From Sphingomicrobium sp. (GTDB lineage Bacteria > Pseudomonadota > Alphaproteobacteria > Sphingomonadales > Sphingomonadaceae), in the NCBI GenBank assembly GCA_045811425.1, contig JBJMUA010000035.1, positions 3,379 to 67,378 of the forward strand: DNA of 64,000 nt. The letters run 5' to 3'. The notes under the pieces are model-generated. The model saw only the letters and a program-made list of their open reading frames with translations. It searched no databases and was not told where the DNA came from. The position numbers were made by a program, and so were the translations under genes. Shown here in pieces: positions 9,740-21,500 of the stretch. Position 1 is the first letter of the stretch. Each line of letters opens with the position of its first letter.

Positions 9740-10665
9740 AGAATCTGGTCCTGGTTGAACATGACGGGTCGTCGATCAAGGATGCGACCCTCGCCACGGT
9801 GACCGCCGCTTCGAAGCTGGGCGAAGTCCACCTGCTGGTCGCGGGCAAGGGCGTCGGCGGGATTGCCGATGCGGCGGCGAAGATAGCCGGCGTGCAGAAG
9901 GTCCATGTCGCCGATGGCGCGCATCTCGAGCATCAGCTGGCCGAGGACGTTGCCCCGATCGCGGTGTCGCTGATGGCCAGCCACGACGCATTCCTCGCCC
10001 CGGCCACCACAACCGGCAAGAATGTGGCGCCCCGCGTCGCCGCGCTGCTGGATGTGATGCAGCTCAGCGACGTCATCGGCATTGAGGACGACAACACTTT
10101 CACTCGCCCGATCTACGCCGGCAATGCCATCGCCACCGTCCGTTCCAAGGATGCCAAGAAGGTCATCACCATACGCGGGACGGCGTTTGAAAAGGCGGCA
10201 GCCAGCGGCGGCTCGGGTGCAATCGAGGCCGTTGACGCCGGCGGAGCTTCGGGCAAGTCGAGCTTTGTCGGCGCGGAATTGTCGAAGTCCGAGCGGCCTG
10301 AGCTGACCAGTGCCAAGGTGATCGTCTCCGGAGGACGCGCCTTCGGCTCGAACGACCAGTTCCACGGCCTGCTCGATCCGCTGGCCGACAAGCTTGGCGC
10401 CGCGGTCGGAGCGAGCCGCGCCGCGGTCGACGCCGGCTACGCGCCGAACGACTATCAGGTCGGCCAGACGGGCAAGATCGTCGCTCCGGAAGTCTATATC
10501 GCGATCGGTATTTCGGGCGCGATCCAGCATCTCGCGGGCATGAAGGATTCCAAGACGATCATCGCCATCAATAAGGACGAGGAGGCGCCAATCTTCCAGG
10601 TCGCGGACGTCGGCCTGGTCGGCGACCTGTTCAAGATCGTGCCGGAGCTAACGGAAAAGCTCTAG
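9736..10665 (+). CDS. etfA: Electron transfer flavoprotein alpha subunit
   Basis: [36 protein letters not shown]. Confidence 0.96.
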   Translation: MKNLVLVEHDGSSIKDATLATVTAASKLGEVHLLVAGKGVGGIADAAAKIAGVQKVHVADGAHLEHQLAEDVAPIAVSLMASHDAFLAPATTTGKNVAPRVAALLDVMQLSDVIGIEDDNTFTRPIYAGNAIATVRSKDAKKVITIRGTAFEKAAASGGSGAIEAVDAGGASGKSSFVGAELSKSERPELTSAKVIVSGGRAFGSNDQFHGLLDPLADKLGAAVGASRAAVDAGYAPNDYQVGQTGKIVAPEVYIAIGISGAIQHLAGMKDSKTIIAINKDEEAPIFQVADVGLVGDLFKIVPELTEKL

Positions 10666-11966
10666 GCGCCGCCGCCTTTTAAATCGGTCGGCAAGGTCGG
10701 CTCGCTAAGCAACTGCTCGATCCGCTTCCATCGGGCGGCCGCAGTCGGCCCGGCGGCTTCGACATCGGCGCGGACCATATCGAGTCCGAGGCCATAATTG
10801 ATGACATAGCTGCGGTATTGCTTGGCGAAGTCGGTCAGCTGGCGAGCGCGCTCCGGGCTGACCAGCAGGTAGTGCTGGGTGAAGTGAACCGCCTGGCCTT
10901 CGTCGATACGGCCCTCGAGAAGATCACGGGCGATCGTAAAGCGAGCGCCCTGCAACCCTTTCATGGCATCCTGCAGCGCATAGTAGCGCTCGGCCTCTGC
11001 GGTCGGGAGCCCGGCAAGCGGGTAGAGTTGCTTCACCTCATAAGCCAGCCGCTCCCGGCCTGGAAATGCCAGTTCGATCCCATAATTGGCCGAGCCTTCA
11101 GCCAGCAGCGACTGGGGCGAATAGAGCGGATAGACGCTGAACTCGATCCAGCCCCGCCCCTTGGAGAGATGCTGCTCTAGGAGCGCGTTCAGGACATGAT
11201 GGCCCGGATAGCCTTCGTGGCAGCCCAGATCGACGGCGCGCGAGATTCGGATCGGAAGGTCGGTATTGACTTCGATCCGGCTCTGGTAGCCGCCCTTGTA
11301 ATAATTATACCCCGACCAACTCTTGCCAGTGACAAAGGCGAGGTCGAACTTCTCGCCCTTTGGCAACGCCATATGTTGTGTCGTTCGGGCCTTGCATTCG
11401 CCAATGGCTGCCTCGAACACCGGCTTTAGCCGATCGGTGGGAATGGTGAACCTGGCCTGGAACGCCTCGACCCGTTGGTCCAGCGGACCCGATCCGGGAA
11501 TTAGTTCTTCAACCTTCTTCAGCAGCGGATCGTAGCTTTGCAGCGGCTTCAAAGATGGCCGCACGCCGAACAAGCCCTGCGCTTCCTCCTCGAACGACAG
11601 TTTTTCACCGCGCAGCATCCGAAGCCGAGTGAGTGCCGCCGTCAATTGGCCGCCCAGGAACCTGGCGCGCCGCTGATCCAACCCCTGTGCATCACCGCCC
11701 AGCTTCGACAGTCGCTTGTTCAGTTCCGCCACTCGCTGCGAAAGCTGGTCGAGCGATTGGGTCGGCGCATCCGCCCTGGCGCGAGCCTGCAAATCGGCCG
11801 GGCCATAATAGGCATCGATATAGCCTTCTTCCTTCTCGCCGATCGTCAGGCTGAGCAGGACATAATCGCGAGCCAGTTTGTCGAGACTGTCGGCGGCCGA
11901 TGATTGGCGTGCATCACAGGCACAGAGCGACATCAGCAGCATGGCGGCGGTGATCGGAGTTTTCAT
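10662..11966 (-). CDS. Putative lipoprotein, DUF885-like zincin
   Basis: N-terminal lipoprotein-like signal (SLCAC); HEGYPGHH motif followed by AEGSANY. Confidence 0.65.
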   Translation of the reverse strand: MKTPITAAMLLMSLCACDARQSSAADSLDKLARDYVLLSLTIGEKEEGYIDAYYGPADLQARARADAPTQSLDQLSQRVAELNKRLSKLGGDAQGLDQRRARFLGGQLTAALTRLRMLRGEKLSFEEEAQGLFGVRPSLKPLQSYDPLLKKVEELIPGSGPLDQRVEAFQARFTIPTDRLKPVFEAAIGECKARTTQHMALPKGEKFDLAFVTGKSWSGYNYYKGGYQSRIEVNTDLPIRISRAVDLGCHEGYPGHHVLNALLEQHLSKGRGWIEFSVYPLYSPQSLLAEGSANYGIELAFPGRERLAYEVKQLYPLAGLPTAEAERYYALQDAMKGLQGARFTIARDLLEGRIDEGQAVHFTQHYLLVSPERARQLTDFAKQYRSYVINYGLGLDMVRADVEAAGPTAAARWKRIEQLLSEPTLPTDLKGGGA

Positions 11967-12002
11967 AGGCACACTCCCTTCGAATGCGGGGAGGTGGTGT
12001 GC

Positions 12003-13262
12003 CTAGCGCAACCATTCCGGCAGCGGAAGGGATGCGGCATCGGCCAAATCGATCCTCCGCCGGACAAGCGCCCAGCGGTCGCCGTCGACCAGCACTTCCG
12101 GCGTCAGTGGGCGGCTATTGTAGCCGCTCGACATGGCCGCACCATAAGCGCCCGCGGTACGGAAAAAGATCAGGTCGCCTTCCTCCACCCGGTCCAATTC
12201 CCGCGCCATCGCGAAGGTGTCGCCGCTTTCGCACACCGGGCCGACAACATGGGCCGTCATCTTGCTGGCGGAAGGCCGCACCGCATCGACATGATGATAT
12301 GCGTCGTAAAGGGCGGGGCGCATGAGGTCGTTCATTGCCGCGTCGACGATCAACCAGGGATGGACCTCACCGGGTTTTACCCGGACGGCGCGGGACAGCA
12401 GCACCCCGGCATTGCCGCTGATCAGTCGGCCGGGCTCGAACGCCAGGCGGATGCCCCAATCCTTGGTCACCCGCTTGACCATCGCCCCATATTCAGCGGG
12501 GGTGGGCGGTTCGGGCTGGCCCGGGCCGTAGGGGACGCCAAGGCCGCCGCCAAGGTCGGCGATCTCCAGCGCGAAGCCTTCGTCGCGCAGGTCGCCGATC
12601 AGCGACCCGAGCCGCTCGAACGCGGCCTCGAGCGGGGCAAGGCTGGTCAACTGGCTGCCGATATGGACGGTAACGCCCGTGACCTTGAGGTTGGGCAGGT
12701 CGCGCACAGCCTTGAACGCTGCGATGGCGTCGGCGGCGGGAAGTCCGAACTTATTATCTGCCGTGCCGGTAGTGATCTTGGCATGGGTGCCGGCTTCAAC
12801 GTTTGGATTGATCCGCAGCGCGACTGGCGCCTCCATGTCCATCGAACGTGCGACGATCGACAGGGTATGGGCTTCTTCGATCGACTCCAGGTTGAACTGC
12901 TTGAGGCCGCCCGCCAGTGCCTCGGCCATTTCGTCGGCAGTCTTGCCGACGCCTGAGAATAATATGGTCTGCGGGCTCATGCCGGCGGCGCGGGCGGCGC
13001 GATATTCGCCGATCGACACGATGTCCGCGCCCAGCCCCTCGCGCGCCAGTATCGACAGCACCGCAGGGTTGGGATTGGCCTTGACCGCATAGGCGATCAG
13101 CGGGTCATCGAGCCCAATCAAAGCTTCCTGGAGCACACGGGCGTGGCGGCGGAGCGTGGCGGCGGAATAGACATAGACCGGCGTTCCGACCTCGTCCGCG
13201 ATTACTTCCAGCGGTACGTCCTCGCAGTGGATGCTGCCGCCCTTCAGGTTGAAATGGTCCAT
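12003..13262 (-). CDS. lysA: Diaminopimelate decarboxylase
   Basis: YAVKAN (PLP Lys), HIGSQ, EPGR, GPVCESGD, GAYG. Confidence 0.93.
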   Translation of the reverse strand: MDHFNLKGGSIHCEDVPLEVIADEVGTPVYVYSAATLRRHARVLQEALIGLDDPLIAYAVKANPNPAVLSILAREGLGADIVSIGEYRAARAAGMSPQTILFSGVGKTADEMAEALAGGLKQFNLESIEEAHTLSIVARSMDMEAPVALRINPNVEAGTHAKITTGTADNKFGLPAADAIAAFKAVRDLPNLKVTGVTVHIGSQLTSLAPLEAAFERLGSLIGDLRDEGFALEIADLGGGLGVPYGPGQPEPPTPAEYGAMVKRVTKDWGIRLAFEPGRLISGNAGVLLSRAVRVKPGEVHPWLIVDAAMNDLMRPALYDAYHHVDAVRPSASKMTAHVVGPVCESGDTFAMARELDRVEEGDLIFFRTAGAYGAAMSSGYNSRPLTPEVLVDGDRWALVRRRIDLADAASLPLPEWLR

Positions 13263-13276
13263 GGATCCACAAACAT

Positions 13277-14494
13277 TCAGCTGCTGGCCGGTTGCCAGCC
13301 GAGGGCGATGAACATGACGAAAAAGCCAACCACATAGGCCACTGGAACGAACCACCCCTGCTTCACCCATTGGGCAACCGAGCGGCCTTCCGGGAACTCG
13401 TTGGTGATGGCGACCCCAGCCGAGGATCCGAACCAGACCATCGACCCTCCGAAGCCCACGGCATAGGCAAGAAGGGCCCAGTCATAGCCGCCCTGACGCA
13501 GGGCGAGCGCAGTCAGCGGAATATTATCGAAGACCGACGACAGCAGTCCGAGGCCGAAGGCCGTCTGCCACGACGGCTCGGGCAGACCTCTAATTGGCAT
13601 CAGCGATGCGGACGCGACCAGGGATGCCAGGAACAGGGCGCCCTTTGACCCATGCTTCAGCACCGACCAATCAGGTCTGCAAATGATGCTGGTCAGGATA
13701 ATTGCTGCCCATAGCGCCATCCCAAGCCATGGCGCGGTTTCCTCGCCTTCGGTCAGCATATTCGCCACAACATTCGTGGTTACTGCCGTGCCGAGGATGA
13801 ATGCCACCACCCCGATCCGCTGCCAGATCAGCGGATGGCCGGCCTCGTCGTTGGCGAGGATCGGCTGGTGACAATGTTGTGCCCAGGCACCGAGCGGTGC
13901 GAGGACGAGGAAGCTGGCAATAGCCGCAACGAACGCTGGCAGGACCGCCATCGGCGAAATGCCCTGGAGCCACATCAGCGTGGTTGTGGTGTCGCCGATG
14001 ACACTCCCGGCACCGCCGGCATTGGCTGAGGCGACGATGGCGGCGAGAAAACCGATGCAAACCCGGCCTTGATAGACATGTCGCGCCATGACGCCGCCCA
14101 GCACGGCGGCGGCGATATTGTCGAGGAAGGCGGACATGAAGAAGACGATGCCCAGCAGCGCCACTCCGCCTGTCCAGTCGTCCGGGAGCAAGCCTGGCAA
14201 ATGATCGGACACATTGCTTTTCTCGAACTGGTTCGAAAGCACTTCGAAGCCGGTCAGCAAGAGCAGCAGATTGGCGATTGTCACCCATTCATGCTCGGCG
14301 TGTAGCAGTAGGGCCCCAAGGCCGGTCCCTGTCGGAAATTCGCTGAGTTGCCATTCGAACGCGAGGACGAGCAGCAGGCCGGCCATGCTGATTTCCAGTG
14401 CGCGCTTATGGAATGCGGCGATTCCGACGAGCGTGAGGCCAAATAAGACAAACTCGACGGGAACGCTGAACAGCGACGGAGCGGATACAGCCAT
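13277..14494 (-). CDS. Ion transporter superfamily permease (CitMHS/NhaD-like)
   Basis: SAFLDNIA, NAGGAGSVIGDTTT, SSVFDNIPL, GGSMVWFGSSAGVA; many TM helices. Confidence 0.8.
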   Translation of the reverse strand: MAVSAPSLFSVPVEFVLFGLTLVGIAAFHKRALEISMAGLLLVLAFEWQLSEFPTGTGLGALLLHAEHEWVTIANLLLLLTGFEVLSNQFEKSNVSDHLPGLLPDDWTGGVALLGIVFFMSAFLDNIAAAVLGGVMARHVYQGRVCIGFLAAIVASANAGGAGSVIGDTTTTLMWLQGISPMAVLPAFVAAIASFLVLAPLGAWAQHCHQPILANDEAGHPLIWQRIGVVAFILGTAVTTNVVANMLTEGEETAPWLGMALWAAIILTSIICRPDWSVLKHGSKGALFLASLVASASLMPIRGLPEPSWQTAFGLGLLSSVFDNIPLTALALRQGGYDWALLAYAVGFGGSMVWFGSSAGVAITNEFPEGRSVAQWVKQGWFVPVAYVVGFFVMFIALGWQPASS

Positions 14495-14589
14495 GGCTGG
14501 GTGCTAACCGCCAAGTCCCAGCTAGTCGAGCGGAACCGGGTGGTGGCGTTTGCGGCCACCGCCGTTATAGATGCGCCGCGGTTCGCGAT

Positions 14590-15105
14590 ATGCAGCATCA
14601 AGGCCTCCAACTTGTCTTCGAAGAGAACCGCGAGCCGCTGTTGCGATATCTGAGTGCTCATGGGGCCGGCAATGCTGCCGAGGACCTGCTTCAGGAATTG
14701 TGGCTGAAAGTCGCGGCGACTCCCGCGGGGCCGATTGGAAATCCACGCAGCTACCTGTTCCGCGCCGCTACAAACCTCATGATCGACCGCCGCCGGTCGG
14801 AGGCGCAGGCACTTCGGCGCGATCATGAATGGTCGAGCCTTGCCGACCGGCTGCCCGGTGCGGCGGCGAATGATGCCGGCCAGGAGCGCCAACTGGCGGC
14901 ACGGCAGCAGCTGGCCCTGGTCGAGGCGGAGCTCGCAAAGCTTCCGGGCCGGGCGCTCGCCATATTCCGCGCCCACCGCATCGAGGGCCAGACCCAGCGC
15001 GAGATCGCGGTCTCCATGGGCCTGAGCCAAAGCACGATCGAGAGCGACCTGCGGATAGTCTACCGCCTCCTCGACGATCTCAGGAGCAAGCTCGATGAGG
15101 AATAG
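14590..15105 (+). CDS. ECF sigma factor (FecI-like)
   Basis: AEDLLQELWLK, YLFRAATNLMID region 2; region 4 HTH QREIAVSMGLSQSTIE. Confidence 0.9.
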   Translation: MQHQGLQLVFEENREPLLRYLSAHGAGNAAEDLLQELWLKVAATPAGPIGNPRSYLFRAATNLMIDRRRSEAQALRRDHEWSSLADRLPGAAANDAGQERQLAARQQLALVEAELAKLPGRALAIFRAHRIEGQTQREIAVSMGLSQSTIESDLRIVYRLLDDLRSKLDEE

Positions 15106-15135
15106 CCGGATCGACTCCGTCATGGAGGGCATGAG

Positions 15136-16053
15136 GTGGCGATGACGCATGACTACGGACGGCGCGAAGCCGCACTCGACTGGCTTGTCCGGACCAATGA
15201 CCCGGATTTTGATGCTTGGGATGAGTTCACGATCTGGCTGGAAGCGGATTCGGCCAATGCCGACGCTTATCACGCACTCGCAGACAGCGAATCGGAGATG
15301 CGGCATCTTGTCAAAGCGCCCCTCCTCGATGAGCCGGTCCGTGGGCCGCAGCGTCGCCGCCTGGCACTGGTCGCTGGCATTGCCGCGCTTGCCGCCGGTG
15401 CGACCGCGATCGTCGCGCCCCGCATCATGCCCGTCGATTATTCCACTGGCCCGGGCGAGATGCGCACCGTCTCGCTGGGTGGACAGGACCAGTTGGTCAT
15501 GAATGGCGACACCAGGCTGGAGCTGGCCGGCCTCGACCACCGCACCATCCGGCTGGAGCAGGGCCAGCTGCTGCTTCGCCTGCGGGACCCGGGGCAGGAC
15601 AAGGTCGAGCTCAGGTCCGGGGACCTCAAGCTGGTCGACATCGGCACCATATTCGAAGTCACCCGCGCTGGCCGCGCAACCCGACTGGTTGTCAGCGAAG
15701 GCGCCGTGATGGCTGATCCGGACGGCGCCCGGCTGACGGTCGAGCCCGGCCAGCGGCTCGATACCGAGGATGGCGCAAGGGTGCTCGAGACAAGGCCTGC
15801 CGACATGGCATCGGTCGGCGCGTTCGAGCGCGGCCAGCTTGGTTATGTCGATGAAAAGCTCGAAAATGTCATCGCGGACCTTCGCCGGTCGACCGGTATC
15901 GACTTTTCGGCGACCGCCGCTATCAGGGCGCGCCGCTTCAGCGGTACCTTGTCGGTTGCCGAAATAAAGCGCGATCCGCGGTCGCTCGAGCCCCTGCTGG
16001 GCGTTGCCATGGAGCGGTCGGGACAAGGCTGGAAGTTGGGAGGAAAGGTCTAG
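15136..16053 (+). CDS. FecR family anti-sigma/transducer
   Basis: EAALDWLVR...FTIWLEAD N-domain, one TM helix, YSTGPGEMRTVSL and DIGTIFEV FecR motifs. Confidence 0.88.
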   Translation: MAMTHDYGRREAALDWLVRTNDPDFDAWDEFTIWLEADSANADAYHALADSESEMRHLVKAPLLDEPVRGPQRRRLALVAGIAALAAGATAIVAPRIMPVDYSTGPGEMRTVSLGGQDQLVMNGDTRLELAGLDHRTIRLEQGQLLLRLRDPGQDKVELRSGDLKLVDIGTIFEVTRAGRATRLVVSEGAVMADPDGARLTVEPGQRLDTEDGARVLETRPADMASVGAFERGQLGYVDEKLENVIADLRRSTGIDFSATAAIRARRFSGTLSVAEIKRDPRSLEPLLGVAMERSGQGWKLGGKV

Positions 16054-16055
16054 CG

Positions 16056-18437
16056 ATTAGGACGCTGCATGTTGGCGCGTGTTTTGCCGCGCTCCTGACC
16101 TTCGCCTCCCCCGGCCAAGCTGCTTCCAGACCGATCAATGTCCCCGCCGGGACGGTCGGACAGGCGGCGTTCGCCATCGGCAGGCAAGCCGGCGTCAGCA
16201 TTTCGATTCCCGATCGCACGATCTTGAACCGGCATTCGCCCGCCATCCGGGGACGAATGGAAGCGGCCGATGCGCTCCGTCAGCTGGCCAGGGCCAGCGG
16301 CCTTCAGGTGAAGAAAGTTGGGGACAACAGCTACCTATTGATTGCCGCCGCGGTACCAAAGCCGGTCGGGGTTAAGGCACTTCGCCAGTCGACCGTAGGA
16401 TCGACACCTCCGGATCCGCCGCCGCCCGACATTCCGGCCCAGGACATCATCGTCACCGCCAGCAAGCGCGATACGCTGTCGCAGCGTTTCCCCGGCCAAT
16501 GGACCCGTATCGATGGCGACGTTTTTGCGCCGCTGGGCGTGGTCGGCGCCGATGCGATCGAGGCGCGCTCGGTCGGATTCTCATCGACCCATCTTGGCGC
16601 GGGCCGCAACAAGCTGTTCATTCGCGGGATTGCCGATTCCAGCTTCAGCGGGCCGACCCAATCGCCGGTCGGCCAATATTTCGGCGACATGCGTACCGGC
16701 TACAGCGGGCCGGATCCCGACCTGAGACTGGTCGACATGCAATCTATCGAGATCCTCGAAGGGCCCCAGGGTACGCTTTACGGGTCGGGCGCGCTGGGCG
16801 GGATTGTCCTTTTGAAGCCGAACATGCCCGATTTCGGCGGGGTCTCGGGAACCGCAGGGATTGGAACTTCAATAAGCTGGCATGGAGATCCGGGTTACGA
16901 TGCATCGGGGGTGGTCAATGCGCCGCTTGGCGACAATGTCGCGCTGCGCGCCGTCGGTTACCATGCCCGCGAAGGCGGCTATATCGACAATATCGCCACC
17001 GGCGAGACGGACATCAACGACACGGGCATCACGGGCGGCCGTGCGACCTTGTCGGCCGAGATCGTGCCCGGCTGGATCGTCGACGTTGCCGGTGTTGCCC
17101 AGCGGATCGACGGCGATGACAGTCAATATGCCGACAAGGACGGGCGCCACCTGTCGCGCGACAGCCTGGTGGATCAGCCCTTTTCGTCGGATTTCGCGCT
17201 TGCCAGCCTGGTGGTGCGCAAGGATGCCGGCCCGATCCGCTTCCGGTCGACCACGGGCGCAAGCTGGCAGGATGTCGCTGAAAATTTCGACGCGTCGGAA
17301 GGCGACCTGATCCGCCAGCTGCATCAGCACAGTAAGGCGCGCGCGGTCAGCAATGAAACCAGGATCTGGCGGCCGATGGCGGACGGCTACGGCTGGCTGG
17401 TCGGCTTCAGCTCCATCGTCCACCGCTACGACGTATCGCGCGACCTGACGGGAGCCGGCGGCCAGGTCGATCTCGCGGGTGTCGAAAATCGGGTGAGGGA
17501 AACGACCTTGTATGGCGAGGTCGGTGTCGAGCTGCATCCCAGGATCGAGGCAGCCCTGGGCGCACGCTACACCTTATCCGCCCTCTCCGGATCGGGCGAA
17601 CATCTCAGCCCGCTCGCCTTCGACAAGCTGGCGGCAGAGGACGCCAGGCGAAAAGAGCATCGCCTGCTCCCCTCGGCGGCGCTGCTCGCCCGCCCGATTG
17701 ACGGGTTGACCCTCTACGCCCGTTACCAGCAGGGCTTTCGACCCGGCGGGCTGTCGATCGCCCATGACACAGTCAGGCTCTATCGGAACGACCGGTTGGG
17801 AACCGCCGAGGCAGGCTTTCGCTACGGCCGGCCCGGCATCGATCGATTCGACCTGCAGGGCAGCGCAACCTTGAGCAAATGGAAGGACATCCAGGCGGAT
17901 TTCCTCGATCCCTCGGGTCTCCCGGTAACCGACAATATCGGCGACGGGCGGGTGTGGACCATGACCTTCAACGGCGGCGCGCGCCTGACCCCTGAATTGA
18001 GGGCCGAAGCTGGCCTCGCGTGGAACGACGGCAAGATTACACGGCCGACAGATGCCTTTCAGACACTCCTTGCCGGCGCCGACCTTGAATCCATGGAAAT
18101 CCCCAACATCGCTCGGGTCGTGGCGCGCGGCGCGATCGACTGGTCCAAAAAGCTGGGCGGCGATTGGACGTTGGATACAAATGTCTACGCCCGCTACGTC
18201 GGCCGCTCGCGGCTTGGCGTCGGCCCGCATCTCGGTGAGGAGCAGGGCCAATATATCGATTCGGGCCTGATCCTGCGGGCTTCTGACAGACGCCGCGCAG
18301 TCTCGCTGACCGTTACCAACCTCACCGATGAAATCGGCAATCGCTTTGCGTTCGGCGCTCCGATCGCAACCGGGGCCGACCAGATCACCCCCTTGAAGCC
18401 GCGCACTGTGCGGCTCGGCTTCGAGCTGGCCTTCTAG
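16056..18437 (+). CDS. TonB-dependent transducer (signal peptide + STN domain + plug + barrel); start codon uncertain
   Basis: DIIVTASKR, IEILEGPQGTLYG, C-terminal F; frame is open upstream of the track start (16224) and encodes a signal peptide and STN-like INVPAGTVGQAAFAIGRQAGVSI. Confidence 0.85.
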   Translation: MRTLHVGACFAALLTFASPGQAASRPINVPAGTVGQAAFAIGRQAGVSISIPDRTILNRHSPAIRGRMEAADALRQLARASGLQVKKVGDNSYLLIAAAVPKPVGVKALRQSTVGSTPPDPPPPDIPAQDIIVTASKRDTLSQRFPGQWTRIDGDVFAPLGVVGADAIEARSVGFSSTHLGAGRNKLFIRGIADSSFSGPTQSPVGQYFGDMRTGYSGPDPDLRLVDMQSIEILEGPQGTLYGSGALGGIVLLKPNMPDFGGVSGTAGIGTSISWHGDPGYDASGVVNAPLGDNVALRAVGYHAREGGYIDNIATGETDINDTGITGGRATLSAEIVPGWIVDVAGVAQRIDGDDSQYADKDGRHLSRDSLVDQPFSSDFALASLVVRKDAGPIRFRSTTGASWQDVAENFDASEGDLIRQLHQHSKARAVSNETRIWRPMADGYGWLVGFSSIVHRYDVSRDLTGAGGQVDLAGVENRVRETTLYGEVGVELHPRIEAALGARYTLSALSGSGEHLSPLAFDKLAAEDARRKEHRLLPSAALLARPIDGLTLYARYQQGFRPGGLSIAHDTVRLYRNDRLGTAEAGFRYGRPGIDRFDLQGSATLSKWKDIQADFLDPSGLPVTDNIGDGRVWTMTFNGGARLTPELRAEAGLAWNDGKITRPTDAFQTLLAGADLESMEIPNIARVVARGAIDWSKKLGGDWTLDTNVYARYVGRSRLGVGPHLGEEQGQYIDSGLILRASDRRRAVSLTVTNLTDEIGNRFAFGAPIATGADQITPLKPRTVRLGFELAF

Positions 18438-18539
18438 AAAAATATCCAAGGCAAGCCACAGGCGTCTCCGTCTGACCGACTGAAAAGCCCATCTGCCGGC
18501 CGGCGGATGGTCCTCTCATTAGGACAAATGGGGAAATTG

Positions 18540-21500
18540 ATGCGTCATTACTTGCTTGCCTCGACCTGCCTTGTCGCGCTGGCCGCTCCCGCCACGGCAG
18601 AAACCACAATTTCGACCGCAGTGACCGGCCCGGTCAGGACCTCGACGGTCAAGACCGGTGGACTGCCGGACGACATTCTCATCAACTCCACGGGCATCGT
18701 GAACGGGACTGCCGGCGGCGGCGTGATCATCGACAGCAATCACAAGCTCAACAATCAGGGCGCCATCCAGGTCAACAACCAGTCCAATGTGGCGGGTGTG
18801 GATGTCTCAGCGGGCGTCACCAGCGGCATCACCTTGGGCGGCAAGATCATCGTCGATGAAACCTACACCCCGACCGATACGGACAATGACGGCGACCTGG
18901 ATGGAGCTTTCGCTACCGGCAGCAACCGCTTCGGCATCCGCACCAACGGCGCGATGACCGGCAATATCATCGTCACCAGCACCGGCACGATCACGGTCGA
19001 GGGCAATAATAGCGCCGGCATCTATCTGGGCGGCCCGCTCACAGGCAATTTCAGCCATGACGGCAACACCGGCGTGCTCGGCAATAATTCCGTCGGCATC
19101 CGCACGTCGGACGTCAGCGGCAATGTCCGCCTGGCCGGCAACATCGCTGTTCGTGGCCAGGGATCGATGGCAGTTCAGTCCACCGGCAATATCAGCGGTG
19201 CGATGGTGCTGCAGGGGACCATCACCTCGACCGGTTATCGCTTCACGACGCCTCCGGCCGACCCGAGCAAGCTCGATGCCGACGACCTGCTGCAGGGCGG
19301 CCCCGCCGTGTCGATCGAAGGCAATGTCGCGAAGGGCATCATCCTTGCGGTTCCGCCCAAGGATAACAGCACCACCGACAATGACGAGGACGACGACGGC
19401 ATCGAGGATGCCAAGGAAGGCTCGGCTGCGATCACATCCTTCGGCTCTGCCGCCGCCCTGCGCATCGGGTCGGCCGGCAACATTGCCATCGGCGCTACCG
19501 AGGGCACCGGGACCGGCTTCGGCCTGATTGTCGACGGCGGCATCCTGGGCGATGGCGTTTACACCGGCGTTGACGGCAATGCCCTGCAGATCGGCGGCCT
19601 TGGCGGTACGGTCTCAATCGCCAATGGCATCGGGGTTTCCGGCACCATCACCGCCAAGTCGTTGGATCGCAATGCGACCGCCATTCGCTTGGGCTCCGGC
19701 GCGACCACGCCCGAACTGCGCAGTGCCGGCAAGATTATTGCAACCAGCGGCAATAGCGCTTCGTCCATCGCCACGGCGATCGACATCGATGCGGCCGCGA
19801 GTTTGCCGATCCTCCGCAACAGCGGGGAGATCAGGGCCACAACCGGCGCCAACGGCGGGGCCGTCGCCATTGTCGACAAATCCGGCACCTTGGGATTGAT
19901 CGAAAATAGCGGAACGATTGCAGCCAGCGGCGCGGCAGCGGATTCCAACCGCAACGTCGCGATCGACCTCAGCGCCAACACCACCGGCGCGATGATCAAG
20001 CAGACGGTCGTCGCTGCTACCTTCCAGGCGCCTTCAATCACCGGCGACGTCAAATTCGGGACCGGCAGCGACACGTTCGACATTGCCGACGGGACGTTCG
20101 CCGGCAACGTCAGCTTCGGCGCAGGCGACAATAAGTTCCTGTTGTCGGGCGACGCGAAGGCGGGCGGCAAGCTGGCCTTTGGATCCGGTGCGGATACTTT
20201 GACCATGGGCGGCACGTCGGTGTTCAGCGGTTCCGTCGATTTCGGCGGTGGCGCCGACACATTGACGATCGGCGGCACCTCGTACTTCACCGGGCAACTG
20301 ACCAATGCCACCGGCCTGGCCGTCAATGTCCAGAAGGGCAGCTTCGGCGTCGTCAAAACCGCCAGCATTGCGTCACTCAATGTTACCGATGGCGGCGTCC
20401 TGGCCGTGACGCTCGACAAGACTCCCGGCGCATCGAGCATGCTCAATGTCAGCGGCGCGGCAAGCTTCGCAGCCGGATCCAAGCTGCAGCTCAATGTGGC
20501 CAATGTCGCCCAGGCGGAAGGACACTTCATCGTGATCGACGCCGGCACGCTGACCGGCGGCAGCAATCTCACGACATCGAACGAGTTTCTGCCGTTCCTC
20601 TACAAGGGGTCGCTGACGGTCGCCGGCAACCAGGTCGCCGTCGATATTGCGCGCAAGAGCGCGACGGAGCTCGGACTCAATCGGTCCGAAAGCGCAGCCT
20701 ATGGCGCAGTCTATGAGGCGCTCGCTTCAGACGACGATATTGGCGACAGCTTCCTGTCCATTCGAACGCAGGAACAGTTTGTCGGCACCATCCAGCAGAT
20801 GCTGCCCGAACATGCTGGAGGCACTTTCGAAGCGGTGACGATGGGCGATCGCACGGTTGCACGCATGCTCAACGACCCCAAGGCACCCTACAAGGAAGTG
20901 GGCCGCATGACCTACTGGCTCAACCAGGTGGCCTGGGGCTCGTCGAAGAGCATTGGCGATACCGCCGGCTATGAGATCGGCGGCTGGGGCGCCACGGCCG
21001 GCGCGGAAATCTCGACCGACCTCGGCAAGTTCGGCGGCTCGCTGGGCTATCTCTGGGGCAAGGATGACGACAAGGCGACCGACAACACCGTCGACGCCAA
21101 TCAATATTCGATCGCTGCCCACTGGCGGATGCAGACCCATGGCCTCCAAGTCGCGGTGCGCGGCAGCTATTCGTTCATCGACTTTGACGGCAAGCGCTTC
21201 TTCCGGTTCGGAGAAGGCGCCGATGCGATCGACCGGACGATCGAGGGCAGCTGGAGCGGCTCGCTCTTTTCGGCAACGGCATTCGCCAGCCAGGAACTGT
21301 GGGCCGGATCCTTCTTCGTCCGTCCCTCGGCCAGCGTCGAATATTACAGCCTGAGCGAGGATAGTTACGACGAAGAGGGGGGCGGCAGCGCGCTCGATCT
21401 TTCGGTCGAAAAGCGCAAGAGCGACGAACTGGCCGTCAATGCGCTGCTTATCGGCGGCTTCGAAATTGGCGGTACCAGCGAATATGACGGCTATTTCCGC

